A stretch of DNA of 63,910 nucleotides, the filler included, from Bigelowiella natans CCMP2755 (lineage: Eukaryota; Protista; Cercozoa), in the NCBI GenBank assembly GCA_000320545.1. It is 4 parts of 4 records of this genome, joined end to end, with 100 filler letters (N's around TTAATTAATTAA, not from the genome) between each part and the next. Parts side by side here need not be neighbours in the genome. Positions count along the whole stretch, not along the records: positions 62,456 to 63,910 come from ADNK01002007.1; 3 more parts are not named here. One strand, 5' to 3'. The position numbers and the translations under genes were made by a program. Below, piece by piece: positions 63,740 to 63,910 of the stretch. The number at the start of each line of letters is the position of its first letter. Position 1 is the stretch's first letter. Under the pieces are notes generated by a model, which was not told where the DNA came from, searched no databases, and saw only the letters and a program-made list of their open reading frames with translations.

Positions 63740-63910
63740 GAGTTTGAGGGTGTGTGGGTGGGGGGGGGCGCCTGAGAGCGCGCGCGTGAGCACGCCCGCA
63801 CGCGCGTGCGTTCGGCCACACACACACGCAGGGAAACACTCACTTGGCATTCAACTTCCGAAAATGAAGGGGGGGGGTGATAAGGAAAGGGGGGGGGGGG
63901 GGGGGGGGGG

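Noticed and set aside
1-63910. CRISPR arrays, rRNA or tRNA genes, intact transposons
   Set aside because: No repeat-spacer arrays, RNA gene signatures, or transposase/RT ORFs recognised.

Overview
Gene-dense, intron-rich eukaryotic nuclear DNA from a flagellated protist (IFT54 and SSNA1 present; taxon not determinable from sequence). The window is four contigs joined by 100-bp N/TTAATTAATTAA spacers. Most ORF-track entries are artefacts of intronic microsatellites. Splicing exons by eye gives: a partial C2-like gene, a kinase-NACHT-like NTPase-TPR gene with a C-terminal membrane anchor, NPRL3, a cyclophilin, a pseudo-OTU protein, a signal-peptide ParB-like protein, SSNA1, JMJD6, a sulfotransferase, a SET-like fragment, an intronless 985-aa P-loop GTPase, IFT54/TRAF3IP1 with a duplicated CH domain, and a helicase-associated-repeat gene. 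The most striking signal is non-genic. About seven intergenic islands are depleted of TpA, several almost completely except within CTAG, while CpG is retained. Paired repeat copies in them differ by TA/TG and TA/CA changes. This suggests a context-specific A-to-G hypermutation process acting on intergenic or repeat DNA, opposite in direction to fungal RIP. Gene boundaries are manual and approximate.
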